47,278 bases of DNA, taken from IMG/VR virus record IMGVR_UViG_3300047403_000022, positions 1-47,278 of that record. The stretch is one strand, 5' to 3'. Origin of the DNA: a virus (taxonomy: Duplodnaviria; Caudoviricetes). The notes under the pieces were generated by a model. It did no database searches. It had not been told where the DNA came from and saw only the letters and a program-made list of their open reading frames with translations. The position numbers and the translations under genes are program-made. Of the stretch, positions 1-9,447 are shown piece by piece. Numbering within the stretch: the stretch's first letter is position 1; each line of letters starts with the position of its first letter.

Positions 1-2
1 GT

Positions 3-242
3 GGAGGTGGTGGCGATGGCACTACTCTTCCTGGAGGCCAACAACCTGGAGGCCAACAACCTGGAGATCAGCAACCTACCAACCCAGACTCCATGAACCA
101 AAGCGGCCTCAGTGATGTCGTAGCTAACTGGGCTAACTCTTGGAGAGGAGCTAAGAATATTTTACGAGCAAAGTCATCTAAAGATTCTAGGGTGGCTAAT
201 GCAAAAAATTATAACACTTATACAGGTGTTAACACCTACTAA
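3..242 (+). CDS. C-terminal part of the virion protein that starts at 46283 (wraps across the window ends)
   Basis: Frame from nt 3 reads GGGGDGTTLPGGQQPGGQQPGDQQP...NTY* (TAA 240-242). It is in frame with the 46283 ORF if the terminal GTGGAGGT (1-8 = 47271-47278) is an overlap. Confidence 0.75.
   Translation, partial: GGGGDGTTLPGGQQPGGQQPGDQQPTNPDSMNQSGLSDVVANWANSWRGAKNILRAKSSKDSRVANAKNYNTYTGVNTY
30..74 (+). repeat. 15-nt tandem repeat CCTGGAGGCCAACAA x2 plus one degenerate copy (PGGQQ/PGDQQ)
   Basis: Units read directly at 30-44, 45-59 and 60-74. Confidence 0.9.
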
Positions 243-245
243 TCA

Positions 246-1862
246 ATGACTGCTAAAGCACGTTATGACTTTCTAACTAAGTACCGTACCCAATATCTAG
301 ACACAGGCGTTCAGTGCTCACAGCTCACCCTTCCTACTCTCATCAGACAAGATGATGATGGTGGGCGTAGCACTCATCTAAGGCTTGTTACACCATGGCA
401 ATCAGTCGGAGCTAAGGGTGTAGTCACGCTTGCATCTAAGTTGATGCTTGCGTTGCTGCCCCCTCAGACCAGCTTCTTTAAGCTACAGATTAATGATGCC
501 AAGGTAGGTGTAGACATTCCTCCTGAAGCCAGAGCAGAAATGGATCTCTCCTTTGCAAAGATGGAGAGGTCCGTAATGGAGATCATTGCAGCCTCAACAG
601 ATCGTGTCGTTGTACACCAAGCCCTCAAGCATCTTGTGGTTTGTGGTAACGCACTGATCTACATGGGGCCTAAAGGTCTTAAGCTCTACCCGCTTAATCG
701 CTATGTCGTAGATAGAGACGGCAACGGTGAGGTGTTAGAAATAGTCACTAAAGAAAGGATCAGCCGTAAGTTGCTTGGTCCTATTCTTGCACTACAAACA
801 CCAGCCAATCCCCCAATGGAGGAAGGCTCTAATAATGATGAAGATGTGGATGTCTATACCCACATTCGTCGTGACAACAATCGCTTTATCTGGCATCAAG
901 AAGTCTTCGATAAGATCATTCCTGGCAGCCAAGGTAAGGCACCACTTGATGCTAACCCCTGGTTAGTACTCCGGTTTAATGTCGTTGATGGAGAACCGTT
1001 TGGTCGTGGTCGTGTAGAAGAGTTCCTCGGTGATCTCCGATCCCTTGAAGCTCTGATGCAAGCCCTCGTAGAAGGCTCTTCAGTAGCCGCTAAGGTCATC
1101 TTCACAGTGAATCCTAGCTCTACTACTAAGCCTCAGACCTTAGCCTCTGCAGGCAATGGAGCCATCGTTCAAGGTCGTCCTGATGACATTGCTGCTATCA
1201 GTGTTGGTAAGACAGCTGACTTCAAGACAGCACAAGAGATGGCAGGAGTACTTGAACGACGCATCAGTGAAGCATTCCTAATCCTTAATGTAAGGGATAG
1301 CGAACGTACTACTGCTGAAGAAGTACGCATGACCCAGATGGAATTGGAACAACAACTTGGTGGACTATTCTCCTTGTTGACTTCTGAGTTCCTGATTCCA
1401 TACTTAAACCGTAAGCTTAACGTCCTTCAGAAGAACCAAGAGATTCCAAAGATTCCTAAGGATCTAGTACGGCCTACAATTATTGCTGGTATTAACGCTC
1501 TTGGTCGTGGACAAGACAGGGAAAGTCTTGGTCAGTTCTTTACGATGATTGCCCAGACAATGGGACCAGAAGCTATCGGACAGTTCCTGAATCTTGATGA
1601 AGCAATCAAGCGACTAGCTGCTGCTCAAGGTATTGATGTACTTAACCTTGTTAAGTCTATGGATGAGGTACAGCAAGAGAAGCAGCAGAACTTCCAGCAA
1701 GGACAACAGATGGAGATCACTAAGCAGGTTGGTCAACTTGCGAGCACTCCACTGATGGACCCTGAGAAGAACCCACAAGCCCTACAAATGATCAATGGCA
1801 ACGCAACGTCCAACCAAGCTCCAGAAATCCAACAACCAGAAGGAGCCCCTCCCACAGGTTGA
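246..1862 (+). CDS. Head-tail connector (portal), T7 gp8-like
   Basis: 538 aa with gp8 motifs WQSVGAKGV..LASKLMLALLPP, GRGRVEEFLGDL and ERTTAEEVR; lies upstream of the scaffold gene. Confidence 0.96.
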   Translation: MTAKARYDFLTKYRTQYLDTGVQCSQLTLPTLIRQDDDGGRSTHLRLVTPWQSVGAKGVVTLASKLMLALLPPQTSFFKLQINDAKVGVDIPPEARAEMDLSFAKMERSVMEIIAASTDRVVVHQALKHLVVCGNALIYMGPKGLKLYPLNRYVVDRDGNGEVLEIVTKERISRKLLGPILALQTPANPPMEEGSNNDEDVDVYTHIRRDNNRFIWHQEVFDKIIPGSQGKAPLDANPWLVLRFNVVDGEPFGRGRVEEFLGDLRSLEALMQALVEGSSVAAKVIFTVNPSSTTKPQTLASAGNGAIVQGRPDDIAAISVGKTADFKTAQEMAGVLERRISEAFLILNVRDSERTTAEEVRMTQMELEQQLGGLFSLLTSEFLIPYLNRKLNVLQKNQEIPKIPKDLVRPTIIAGINALGRGQDRESLGQFFTMIAQTMGPEAIGQFLNLDEAIKRLAAAQGIDVLNLVKSMDEVQQEKQQNFQQGQQMEITKQVGQLASTPLMDPEKNPQALQMINGNATSNQAPEIQQPEGAPPTG

Positions 1863-2013
1863 TCCACCTGAGACGCTTGAAGAAGACAACAAATACTTCA
1901 AGCGAACTAAACTAGGTACACCGACTATCGGTCGTTCACCCGATTACGTAAAGACTGTAGGTCTTGGTAATCTAACCGTTATTACTGCAGATGGCAAACG
2001 AAATTACTCTTAA
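1795..2013 (+). CDS. Small hypothetical protein between portal and scaffold
   Basis: 72-aa ORF fills the gap between two core genes and overlaps both. Confidence 0.55.
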   Translation: MATQRPTKLQKSNNQKEPLPQVDPPETLEEDNKYFKRTKLGTPTIGRSPDYVKTVGLGNLTVITADGKRNYS

Positions 2014-2746
2014 TCCCTACGATGAAGCTGAGGGAGAATTTAATGCTGATGAGTTAGAGTCACTAGAGATTGGTGAAACACTAGCCCAGGCAGAGAATCA
2101 ACTCCTTGCTGGTAAGTACCGTTCAGCTGAAGAGCTAGAGCGAGGTTACCTAGAGCTACAGAAACGCATGAGTGGCAAGGAGGATACCGAGGAAGAGGCC
2201 TCTAATACTCAAGAGGGTAATGATACCCAACAGAATGAAGAGGCACCTTCTGAAGGCTTATATGAGGCTCTCGTAAGCTCCTACCAGAAGGGTGAGTGGG
2301 ATCCTAAACTTGTTGAACAAGTTGAAAGTATGCATCCAGTTGATGTACTTAACTTGATGCTTGAAAATAATCAACCTGCTACACCTGAGCTTACTGAAAG
2401 TGACATCTCACAAGTACAAGAATCAGTAGGTGGTCCTGAAGCCTATGGACAAATGATCCAATGGGCAGGACAGAATCTATCTGAAGGTGAGATCAACCTT
2501 TACGATAAAGCGATGGATAGTGGTGATCCACTTACTATCTTCTTTGCTGCACAAGCACTGTACGGTAGGTTCCAAGATGCTGTCGGTTATGACGGTGAAC
2601 TACTTACTGGTACTGCTCCACAAGCTCAATCCCAAGGCTTCCGTTCACAAGCTGAACTGGTAGCTGCTATGAGTGATCCTCGCTACGACAAAGATCCTGC
2701 ATACCGTCAGGATATTGCCGATAAACTTGCTATCTCTAACATCTGA
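1991..2746 (+). CDS. Capsid assembly scaffolding protein, T7 gp9-like
   Basis: Acidic 251 aa with LLAGKY..AEELE.GY.ELQK and C-terminal F.SQAELVAAMSDPRY.KDPAYR. Confidence 0.93.
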   Translation: MANEITLNPYDEAEGEFNADELESLEIGETLAQAENQLLAGKYRSAEELERGYLELQKRMSGKEDTEEEASNTQEGNDTQQNEEAPSEGLYEALVSSYQKGEWDPKLVEQVESMHPVDVLNLMLENNQPATPELTESDISQVQESVGGPEAYGQMIQWAGQNLSEGEINLYDKAMDSGDPLTIFFAAQALYGRFQDAVGYDGELLTGTAPQAQSQGFRSQAELVAAMSDPRYDKDPAYRQDIADKLAISNI

Positions 2747-2747
2747 A

Positions 2748-2918
2748 ATGTCTAACAATCTCTTCGCTAAAGAACCCACCATGTACCACGACTCTGATTA
2801 TACAGTCCCTCATAATGAACGAGCTGAACTTCTCAATGGTAGGTTTGCTATGCTTGGTTTCGTGGCTGCTATTGGCGCTTACGCGGTAACTGGTCAGATT
2901 ATCCCTGGAGTGTTCTAA
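2748..2918 (+). CDS. hli: High-light-inducible protein (Hlip)
   Basis: Chlorophyll-binding motif AELLNGRFAMLGF and C-terminal TGQIIPGVF; ATG at 2748. Confidence 0.93.
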   Translation: MSNNLFAKEPTMYHDSDYTVPHNERAELLNGRFAMLGFVAAIGAYAVTGQIIPGVF

Positions 2919-3000
2919 GTTACACGGGCTTAGCCTCCTGCGAGTGGTGCTAAGCCTTAAATGAGTAGACGGAGATATAAAAGTTCTTCGCTATCTTATT

Positions 3001-3297
3001 ATGCTACCTCTTCTAACAACTCTGTCGGTGATTAGCTCTTGGTATGGTCCTGGCTTCCATGGTAACTATACTGCGAGTGGATCCCGATACAATCAACACG
3101 GCCTTACTGCTGCTCATAAGACACTCCCGTTTGGAACTAAGCTTCGTGTTTGCTTTCAACGATGTGCCGTAGTGACGGTCACAGATAGAGGACCTTACGT
3201 TTATGGTAGGGAACTTGATCTTAGTAAAGGTGCGGCTGATGCTATCGGTCTCACTGCCTCTGGTGTTGGACGAGTCAAAGTAACTCGACTGACCTAA
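3001..3297 (+). CDS. RlpA-like double-psi beta-barrel (lytic transglycosylase-like) protein
   Basis: SWYGPGFHG..TASG, TAAHKTLPFGT, V.VTDRGPY and R.LDLS..AA..IG motifs; short hydrophobic N-terminus. Confidence 0.88.
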   Translation: MLPLLTTLSVISSWYGPGFHGNYTASGSRYNQHGLTAAHKTLPFGTKLRVCFQRCAVVTVTDRGPYVYGRELDLSKGAADAIGLTASGVGRVKVTRLT

Positions 3298-3303
3298 CTA
3301 ACT

Positions 3304-4362
3304 ATGACTGCTATTGCAGCCCAACGGTCCCGACAAAATAGTTGGGACCTTTTTTGTGACTGGGTAACCAGCACTGATAACCGTCTTTATGTTGGGTGGT
3401 TTGGAACACTGATGATTCCGTGTCTTCTTGCTGCCACCACCTGTTTTATCTTGGCATTCATTGCCGCGCCACCTGTTGATATTGATGGCATCCGTGAACC
3501 TGTAGCTGGGAGCCTTCTCTATGGAAACAACATCATATCGGGAGCCGTCGTTCCGAGCAGCAATGCCATCGGACTACACTTCTACCCAATTTGGGAAGCT
3601 CATTCACTTGATGAATGGCTCTACAACGGAGGCCCTTTCCAACTCACAGTCTTCCACTTTCTTATTGGCATCTATGCTTACCTGGGACGAGAGTGGGAAC
3701 TTAGCTATCGACTAGGGATGAGGCCTTGGATCTTTGTTGCTTACTCAGCTCCAGTGGCAGCGGCTACCGCAGTCTTCCTGGTATATCCTTTCGGACAAGG
3801 ATCTTTCTCTGACGCTATGCCGTTGGGCATCAGCGGGACCTTCAACTACATGCTGGTATTCCAAGCGGAACATAATATCCTTATGCATCCTTTCCATATG
3901 TTGGGTGTTGCGGGGGTGTTTGGCGGAGCTTTGTTCTCGGCTATGCATGGTTCCTTGGTTACCTCTTCACTCATCCGCGAAACAACGGAACAAGTATCTC
4001 TCAACAAAGGTTACAAGTTTGGTCAAGAAGAAGAGACCTACAACATCGTAGCTGCTCATGGCTACTTCGGTCGCCTCATCTTCCAGTATGCTTCGTTTAA
4101 CAACTCTCGTAGCCTTCACTTCTTCCTTGCATCCTGGCCTGTTATTGGTATTTGGTTTGCCGCTCTTGGTGTATCTACAATGGCGTTCAACCTGAACGGC
4201 TTCAACTTCAATCAATCACTTCTGTCTTCTGATGGTCGTGTCGTTAATACTTGGGCAGACATTCTCAATCGCGCTAACCTTGGGTTTGAAGTGATGCATG
4301 AACGTAACGCCCATAACTTCCCACTTGATCTGGCTACACATACAGCTCCTACTATCGGATAA
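3304..4362 (+). CDS. psbA: Photosystem II D1 protein
   Basis: [35 protein letters not shown] and [16 protein letters not shown]. Confidence 0.99.
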   Translation: MTAIAAQRSRQNSWDLFCDWVTSTDNRLYVGWFGTLMIPCLLAATTCFILAFIAAPPVDIDGIREPVAGSLLYGNNIISGAVVPSSNAIGLHFYPIWEAHSLDEWLYNGGPFQLTVFHFLIGIYAYLGREWELSYRLGMRPWIFVAYSAPVAAATAVFLVYPFGQGSFSDAMPLGISGTFNYMLVFQAEHNILMHPFHMLGVAGVFGGALFSAMHGSLVTSSLIRETTEQVSLNKGYKFGQEEETYNIVAAHGYFGRLIFQYASFNNSRSLHFFLASWPVIGIWFAALGVSTMAFNLNGFNFNQSLLSSDGRVVNTWADILNRANLGFEVMHERNAHNFPLDLATHTAPTIG

Positions 4363-4364
4363 TT

Positions 4365-4535
4365 ATGGCTAAAGCATTTGACCCTAAAATTTCTTCTGTT
4401 GCAAGTGTGCAGTATGTAACTCCTACTGCTAACAGTGCAGCCTTTGCTACTGCATATGGACAAGCAAATCAAACTCTGACTGAACTTAGCCCTAAAGGTG
4501 TGAAGGTTCAGGCTGGTGGTACTGCCTGGCCCTGA
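4365..4535 (+). CDS. Small hypothetical protein (56 aa, MAKAFDPKISS...GTAWP), possibly virion-associated
   Basis: Translated by hand; ATG 2 nt after the psbA stop; codon usage typical of this phage. Confidence 0.65.
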   Translation: MAKAFDPKISSVASVQYVTPTANSAAFATAYGQANQTLTELSPKGVKVQAGGTAWP

Positions 4536-4537
4536 TC

Positions 4538-4582
4538 ATGAAAGGTAAAGGTGGTAAAGGAGGCGGCAAGAAAGGCTGCTAA
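4538..4582 (+). CDS. Candidate 14-aa Lys/Gly micropeptide MKGKGGKGGGKKGC
   Basis: ATG 2 nt after the previous stop; strongly biased composition. Confidence 0.35.
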   Translation: MKGKGGKGGGKKGC

Positions 4583-4588
4583 TCCTTT

Positions 4589-4742
4589 GGAGCAGGGCAC
4601 CTCAGAGTCGGACCCTGTTCCTGTTGACTATTGGCCGAGTACGCTCGATACCCTTTAGTCATGACAGTCTGGAGAGACAGACAATAAAACAACAACAAAA
4701 AAATTTCTAAGCGCTTAGAGAGACACACACAACTCTCTCTTA
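4589..4742 (+). promoter_or_regulatory. Structured leader of the major capsid gene (series of hairpins)
   Basis: Stems GGAGCAGGG/CCCTGTTCC (4589-4621), GACTA/TAGTC enclosing CGAG-TACG-CTCG (4626-4660), GTCTG/CAGAC (4667-4682) and AGAGAG/CTCTCT. Confidence 0.5.
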
Positions 4743-4748
4743 ACTATT

Positions 4749-5765
4749 GTGGCTAATACAACTCAAACCGTATTGGGTACGCTTAATAAAGCTGTAGCTG
4801 ATACCGCTGGTAACCGTGCGTATGATACTAAGTACGCAACGTATCTTAAACTCTTTAGTGGTGAACTGCTGAAGGCTTATGAGGCATCGACGATTGCAAA
4901 AGGCACCGTTCAGTCTCGTACCCTGAAGAACGGCAAATCATTGCAGTTCATCTTCACTGGCCGTATGACGGCGGACTACCACACCCCTGGTACTCCTATC
5001 CTGGGTAGTGGTGATCCCCCGGTGGCAGAGAAGACCATCGTTTGTGACGACCTGCTGGTGTCCAGCGCATTCGTCTATGACCTTGACGAGACTCTTGCAC
5101 ACTACAGCCTGCGTTCTGAGATCGCTAAGAAGATTGGCTATGCTCTGGCTGAAAGCTATGACAAGAAGATCTTCCGTCAGATCGCTAAAGCTGCCCGTGA
5201 GGCACATCCCATCACCGCTGCTCCTGGTCCTGAGCCTGGTGGTAGCATCATCCAACTTGGGGTCAACAAAGAGTATGACGCTCAAGCACTTGTAGATGGC
5301 TTCTTTGAAGCAGCTTCTATTCTTGATGAAAAGAACCTGCCCAAGCAAGGTCGTACTGCTGTGCTGTCTCCCCGACAGTACTACGCTCTGATCTCTCAGG
5401 TTGATAGTAACATCCTTAACCGTGACTTTGGTAACAGCCAAGGTAATCTGAACAGCGGTGAAGGTCTCTATGAGATCGCTGGTATCCAGATCAAGCGTTC
5501 TAACAACCTGCCCTTCCTGGCTGGTAACGTTGCTGCTGTCAACGGTGAGAACAACAACTACTCTGGTGACTTCACTAACCACTGCGGTCTTATCTACTAC
5601 AAGGATGCTGCTGCTGTGGTGGAAGCTATTGCTCCCTCTGTGCAGACCACCTCTGGTGATGTCTCCGTGATGTACCAAGGTGACCTGATCGTTGGTCGTC
5701 TTGCCATGGGTTGTGGCACCCTGAATCCCGCTGCTGCTATCGAACTGCAGTCCGCTCGTTCCTGA
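4749..5765 (+). CDS. Major capsid protein, T7 gp10-like
   Basis: YLKLFSGE, RTLKNGKSLQF..TGR, EKTIVCDDLL and GRLAMG.G.LNPAAAIEL; GTG start. Confidence 0.97.
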   Translation: MANTTQTVLGTLNKAVADTAGNRAYDTKYATYLKLFSGELLKAYEASTIAKGTVQSRTLKNGKSLQFIFTGRMTADYHTPGTPILGSGDPPVAEKTIVCDDLLVSSAFVYDLDETLAHYSLRSEIAKKIGYALAESYDKKIFRQIAKAAREAHPITAAPGPEPGGSIIQLGVNKEYDAQALVDGFFEAASILDEKNLPKQGRTAVLSPRQYYALISQVDSNILNRDFGNSQGNLNSGEGLYEIAGIQIKRSNNLPFLAGNVAAVNGENNNYSGDFTNHCGLIYYKDAAAVVEAIAPSVQTTSGDVSVMYQGDLIVGRLAMGCGTLNPAAAIELQSARS

Positions 5766-5780
5766 TAAAGGAGAGAGCTA

Positions 5781-6110
5781 ATGGGATTCGCACCTGTTGA
5801 TGGTGTAGGAGTTGTCACAAGTCAAAACTCTTACATCCGTCCTCCTATTGAGTCAGGACGTGAAGGAGGGACAGTCGTAACTGTTACCCGTCTTACTGCT
5901 GGTACTGGTCAAACTGCAGGTACTAAAGCAACCACTTCTGACAACGCTAATGGCAGCGGCTGCACTATCACTACTACTGTAGCAAGTGGTGCAGTAACTG
6001 CTCAGGTAGTCGCTTCTGGTGGTGACGGTTACCGTATTGGTGATGTGCTGTCAGTTGCTGGTACAACCAGTGCAACCTTCCGTGTTGACACCGTTTCATA
6101 TACTAACTGA
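5781..6110 (+). CDS. Thr/Gly-rich putative minor capsid or decoration protein
   Basis: Has its own RBS (AAGGAGAG) and lies directly after the capsid gene; GG.GY..GD.L motif. Confidence 0.7.
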   Translation: MGFAPVDGVGVVTSQNSYIRPPIESGREGGTVVTVTRLTAGTGQTAGTKATTSDNANGSGCTITTTVASGAVTAQVVASGGDGYRIGDVLSVAGTTSATFRVDTVSYTN

Positions 6111-6121
6111 GGTAATAACCA

Positions 6122-6304
6122 ATGGCTGCTTCTACAGCTAAAGGCAACAATGGCGTGTGCCTTACTGATGCAGAACGTATTTCTGTTGCCAAAACTCAGC
6201 GTCGCTTTGGTGGTGCTGCTATCGCTGACTCTGCCGTTAAGTCGGTAACCAAGGGTCTGCGTACAGCCTACGCTGGCGTTGAGTGCAATATCACTAACGT
6301 GTGA
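6122..6304 (+). CDS. Small putative virion protein
   Basis: RBS GAGGT upstream; lies before the capsid-operon terminator. Confidence 0.7.
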   Translation: MAASTAKGNNGVCLTDAERISVAKTQRRFGGAAIADSAVKSVTKGLRTAYAGVECNITNV

Positions 6305-6311
6305 TCATATG

Positions 6312-6341
6312 GGGAGTCCTTAACTGGGCTCCCTTTTCTTT
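6312..6341 (+). terminator. Intrinsic terminator after the capsid cluster (T-phi equivalent)
   Basis: GGGAGTCC-TTAACT-GGGCTCCC followed by TTTTCTTT. Confidence 0.85.
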
Positions 6342-6373
6342 AAACTTGTTTATAACATTATCGTTATATCGCT

Positions 6374-6991
6374 ATGCCAGCTCCTACTACCTATTCAACG
6401 TCACAACTAGATGCTGTCAACGAGATCCTCGGGTCAGTAGGACAGGCGCCTGTGACCGTACTTGACCAAACCAATCCTGAAGTTGCTTTTGCTTACACCA
6501 CCCTAATGGAAATTAGCAGAGAGGTACAAGCTGAAGGATGGGTCTTTAACCGAGAGTTTGAATATCCAGTTACACCTGATACCAACGGGTATATCAACAT
6601 ACCGTCTAACGTCCTACAAATGGACCTTAGTACATCCTTGGCTAATGAACCCTACGACACAGTAATTCGGGAAGGTAAACTATACGACAAACTAAACCAC
6701 ACATTTCAATGGACTCAACAAGAGTACGCAGTTGATGTGTTGTGGCTATTCCCATTCGATGATCTACCTCAGGTCTTCAAGCAATATGTAACCGCTAAGG
6801 CATCTACTAGGGCTGCTACCCGACTTATAGGCGATGCAAACCTAGCTCAAACACTTGCTGCCTATGAAGGTATGCGTAGAGTTAGTTGCCTTGAATATGA
6901 ATGCAGTCAAGGAGACTATTCAATGTTTGGTTTTAAGAAAGGGAATGACTTTTATAACAGCTATCAACCATATCGCACACTAGCACGATGA
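6374..6991 (+). CDS. Tail tubular protein A, T7 gp11-like
   Basis: LDAVNEILGSVGQAPV, REVQAEGWVFN and FDDLPQVFKQY. Confidence 0.94.
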   Translation: MPAPTTYSTSQLDAVNEILGSVGQAPVTVLDQTNPEVAFAYTTLMEISREVQAEGWVFNREFEYPVTPDTNGYINIPSNVLQMDLSTSLANEPYDTVIREGKLYDKLNHTFQWTQQEYAVDVLWLFPFDDLPQVFKQYVTAKASTRAATRLIGDANLAQTLAAYEGMRRVSCLEYECSQGDYSMFGFKKGNDFYNSYQPYRTLAR

Positions 6992-9444
6992 CAGCAGTAT
7001 CCCAAAGAATCTCTAATTTTCTTGGTGGTGTATCTCAACAAGCTGATGAGAAGCTGTTTCCAGGTCAAGTTAAAGGAGCTTTGAACTGCTACCCTGACAC
7101 TACTCTTGGAATGATTAAGCGTCCTGGTGGTAAGTTCCTAGGGATGCTTGCTAGTACAGTACCACTTACTTCAGACAACCATTTCTGGTTCTCTATCTTT
7201 AGGGATGATCAAGAGAAATACATAGCAAAGATTAACGCTATTGGTGAGGTCTCAGTGTGGGGTCTTACTACAGGTCAAGCTAAGACCGTCTCTTATACAA
7301 CGGCTAACGCTACTGCAATCAAAAGCTACCTTACAGCTGCTGACCCACGTAGCCTTAAGACTCTTACGATTAACGATCTTACCTATATCCTCAATACTGA
7401 AAAGACAGTAGAAGCTAAGGCTAAGCCAACTTCATGGCAGAGCAGGTTAAACGCAACTATTGTTGTAGCTGGTTCTTATTTTGCTACTGAGTATAAGGTA
7501 ACTGTAGGTAACACTACCTTTAGTCCACCATTTAAAACTCGTTCTGATTATGTAACAGGTAGTCCTCCTCCAGAGGTAGCTCCACTTACACTTTCAGAGA
7601 TTACCACAGGCATCTATAACTCTATTACCTCAGGTTACACCACAAAGACTATTGTAGATAATACAATCTATTTAACTTTCTCTACACCTACTACAGTAAC
7701 TGTTACGGCTGGTTCAGATGGTAAGGCCTTACGTGTTATACAAGACACAGTAGATACCTTTAACAGGTTACCTGAGCAAAGTGTTGACTACCGTAATAGT
7801 GGTCCTATCATCAAGGTTGCCAACACCTCAGCTGATAAGGATGACTTCTATCTGAGGTTTGTAGCTGAGAATAGTTCTTCTGGCAAAGGCTACTGGGAAG
7901 AGACTAGAGCTCCTGATGTAAGTGTTGGGCTTAAGCCAGAGACTATGCCTGTTGGCCTCATCAGGCAGTCTAATGGGACATTTAAGGTAGTTCAATTAGA
8001 TGGCAGTGAGACAATCAACAGCCTTCCTCTTGTTTGGGCAGAGCGTCTTGTAGGGGATGATGAGTCTAACTCTCACCCTAGTTTTGTTGGCTACGTTATT
8101 AAGGATCTATTCCTATTCAACAATAGACTCGGGTTTCTGACTGAAGACAATGTGTCTATGTCACAGGCAGGAGACTACTACAACTTCTACCACAAGACAG
8201 CTACCACACAGGTTATCTCAGACCCTATTGACCTCAGTTGTTCCAGTATTAGGCCTGCTATTCTTCATGCAGTGATGCCTATTCCTCAAGGTCTTCTACT
8301 GTTTAGTCGTAGTCAACAGTTCTTGATGGAAGCAGAGAATGGAGCTTGGACTCCTACCTCAACTACCATCCGTACACTGTCTAACTACGAATGTGATCCT
8401 TACCTGTATCCTGCGGACCTTGGTAACACTGTAGCATTTTCAGCTAAGAATCAAAACTGGACTAGAGTCTTTGAGATCTTCACAAGAGGTCAACGAGAGT
8501 CTCCTACTGTTTCTGAGTCTACTAAACCCGTACCTGAGTGGTTACCTAGTGCTCTTACTAGAACCATTGGTAATTCACAGAATGGTCTTTTAGTTGCTAC
8601 TGATAAAGCCTCTAATGCTGCTTACCTGTTTAGGTACTACGAAGAAGGAGATGAACGTAAGCTTGCTGCATGGGTTAAATGGCAACTATTTGGAAACATT
8701 GTTCATACAGCAATTCAAAATGATGTCCTGTATGCCCTTGTAAGTGACATTAAAGGGTACTCGGTATGTTCCTTCCCATTGGTGCTTTCACCCTCCTCTG
8801 GAGGTCTTGTGAACAGCTTAGGGAACGTTGTAGACCCAGCACTTGATGCGTGGAGTGAGATTACCACTACACCTACATTTGCAAATGGTGTCACTAAAGT
8901 CTATCTACCTTCTAACTATAACCAAACAGCTTCACTCCGTTATGTAGTTGGCACCTCTAAGGATCCAACACAACCGAAGTACTCAGGCCTTACTAACCTC
9001 ATCACTGTTAGCAGCGATGGTGGTGGTTACTACTTTGAGATTCCCGGTAATGTAACTAACAACTACATCTATCTTGGTTACTCATATCAAATGGAGCTTG
9101 TTCTACCAAGGTACATGTACTCTAATGGTGACTTAGGTTATGACTTCACGGGTTACACCACGACAGCTCGTATGGCTTTCTATGCGGGACTTGGTGGTGC
9201 TGTGTCGTTTAATATTAAAGACAACACTAGAGCTGAGTGGACTGAGGTATCTGGGGTTCGTATTGCTGACTTCTATCCAGCAGATACTGCACCTTTTCGT
9301 GAACACTATATCTACAAGGTACCAGTTTATCAACGACCTGACAACTATACAATGAAAGTTATTTCAGATAATCCGTTCCCGGTAAGCCTTGTAGCAATGC
9401 AGTGGGAAGGACAATACTCAGCTGGGTTCTATCGGAGGAGTTAA
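6988..9444 (+). CDS. Tail tubular protein B, T7 gp12-like
   Basis: NFLGGVSQQAD, KRPG, W.ERLVGDDESN..PSF, FNNRLGFL and C-terminal WEG.Y...YRR. Confidence 0.95.
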   Translation: MTAVSQRISNFLGGVSQQADEKLFPGQVKGALNCYPDTTLGMIKRPGGKFLGMLASTVPLTSDNHFWFSIFRDDQEKYIAKINAIGEVSVWGLTTGQAKTVSYTTANATAIKSYLTAADPRSLKTLTINDLTYILNTEKTVEAKAKPTSWQSRLNATIVVAGSYFATEYKVTVGNTTFSPPFKTRSDYVTGSPPPEVAPLTLSEITTGIYNSITSGYTTKTIVDNTIYLTFSTPTTVTVTAGSDGKALRVIQDTVDTFNRLPEQSVDYRNSGPIIKVANTSADKDDFYLRFVAENSSSGKGYWEETRAPDVSVGLKPETMPVGLIRQSNGTFKVVQLDGSETINSLPLVWAERLVGDDESNSHPSFVGYVIKDLFLFNNRLGFLTEDNVSMSQAGDYYNFYHKTATTQVISDPIDLSCSSIRPAILHAVMPIPQGLLLFSRSQQFLMEAENGAWTPTSTTIRTLSNYECDPYLYPADLGNTVAFSAKNQNWTRVFEIFTRGQRESPTVSESTKPVPEWLPSALTRTIGNSQNGLLVATDKASNAAYLFRYYEEGDERKLAAWVKWQLFGNIVHTAIQNDVLYALVSDIKGYSVCSFPLVLSPSSGGLVNSLGNVVDPALDAWSEITTTPTFANGVTKVYLPSNYNQTASLRYVVGTSKDPTQPKYSGLTNLITVSSDGGGYYFEIPGNVTNNYIYLGYSYQMELVLPRYMYSNGDLGYDFTGYTTTARMAFYAGLGGAVSFNIKDNTRAEWTEVSGVRIADFYPADTAPFREHYIYKVPVYQRPDNYTMKVISDNPFPVSLVAMQWEGQYSAGFYRRS

Positions 9445-9447
9445 CAT

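Noticed and set aside
4938-5678. 246-aa minus-strand ORF and other antisense ORFs (e.g. 17746-18312, 46459-46926)
   Set aside because: Shadows of + strand genes caused by codon bias or repeats; no recognisable motifs, and the genome is otherwise unidirectional.
5740-5790. T7 gp10B-type frameshift extension of the capsid
   Set aside because: No obvious slippery sequence before the tandem stops TGATAA, and the next ORF has a strong RBS.
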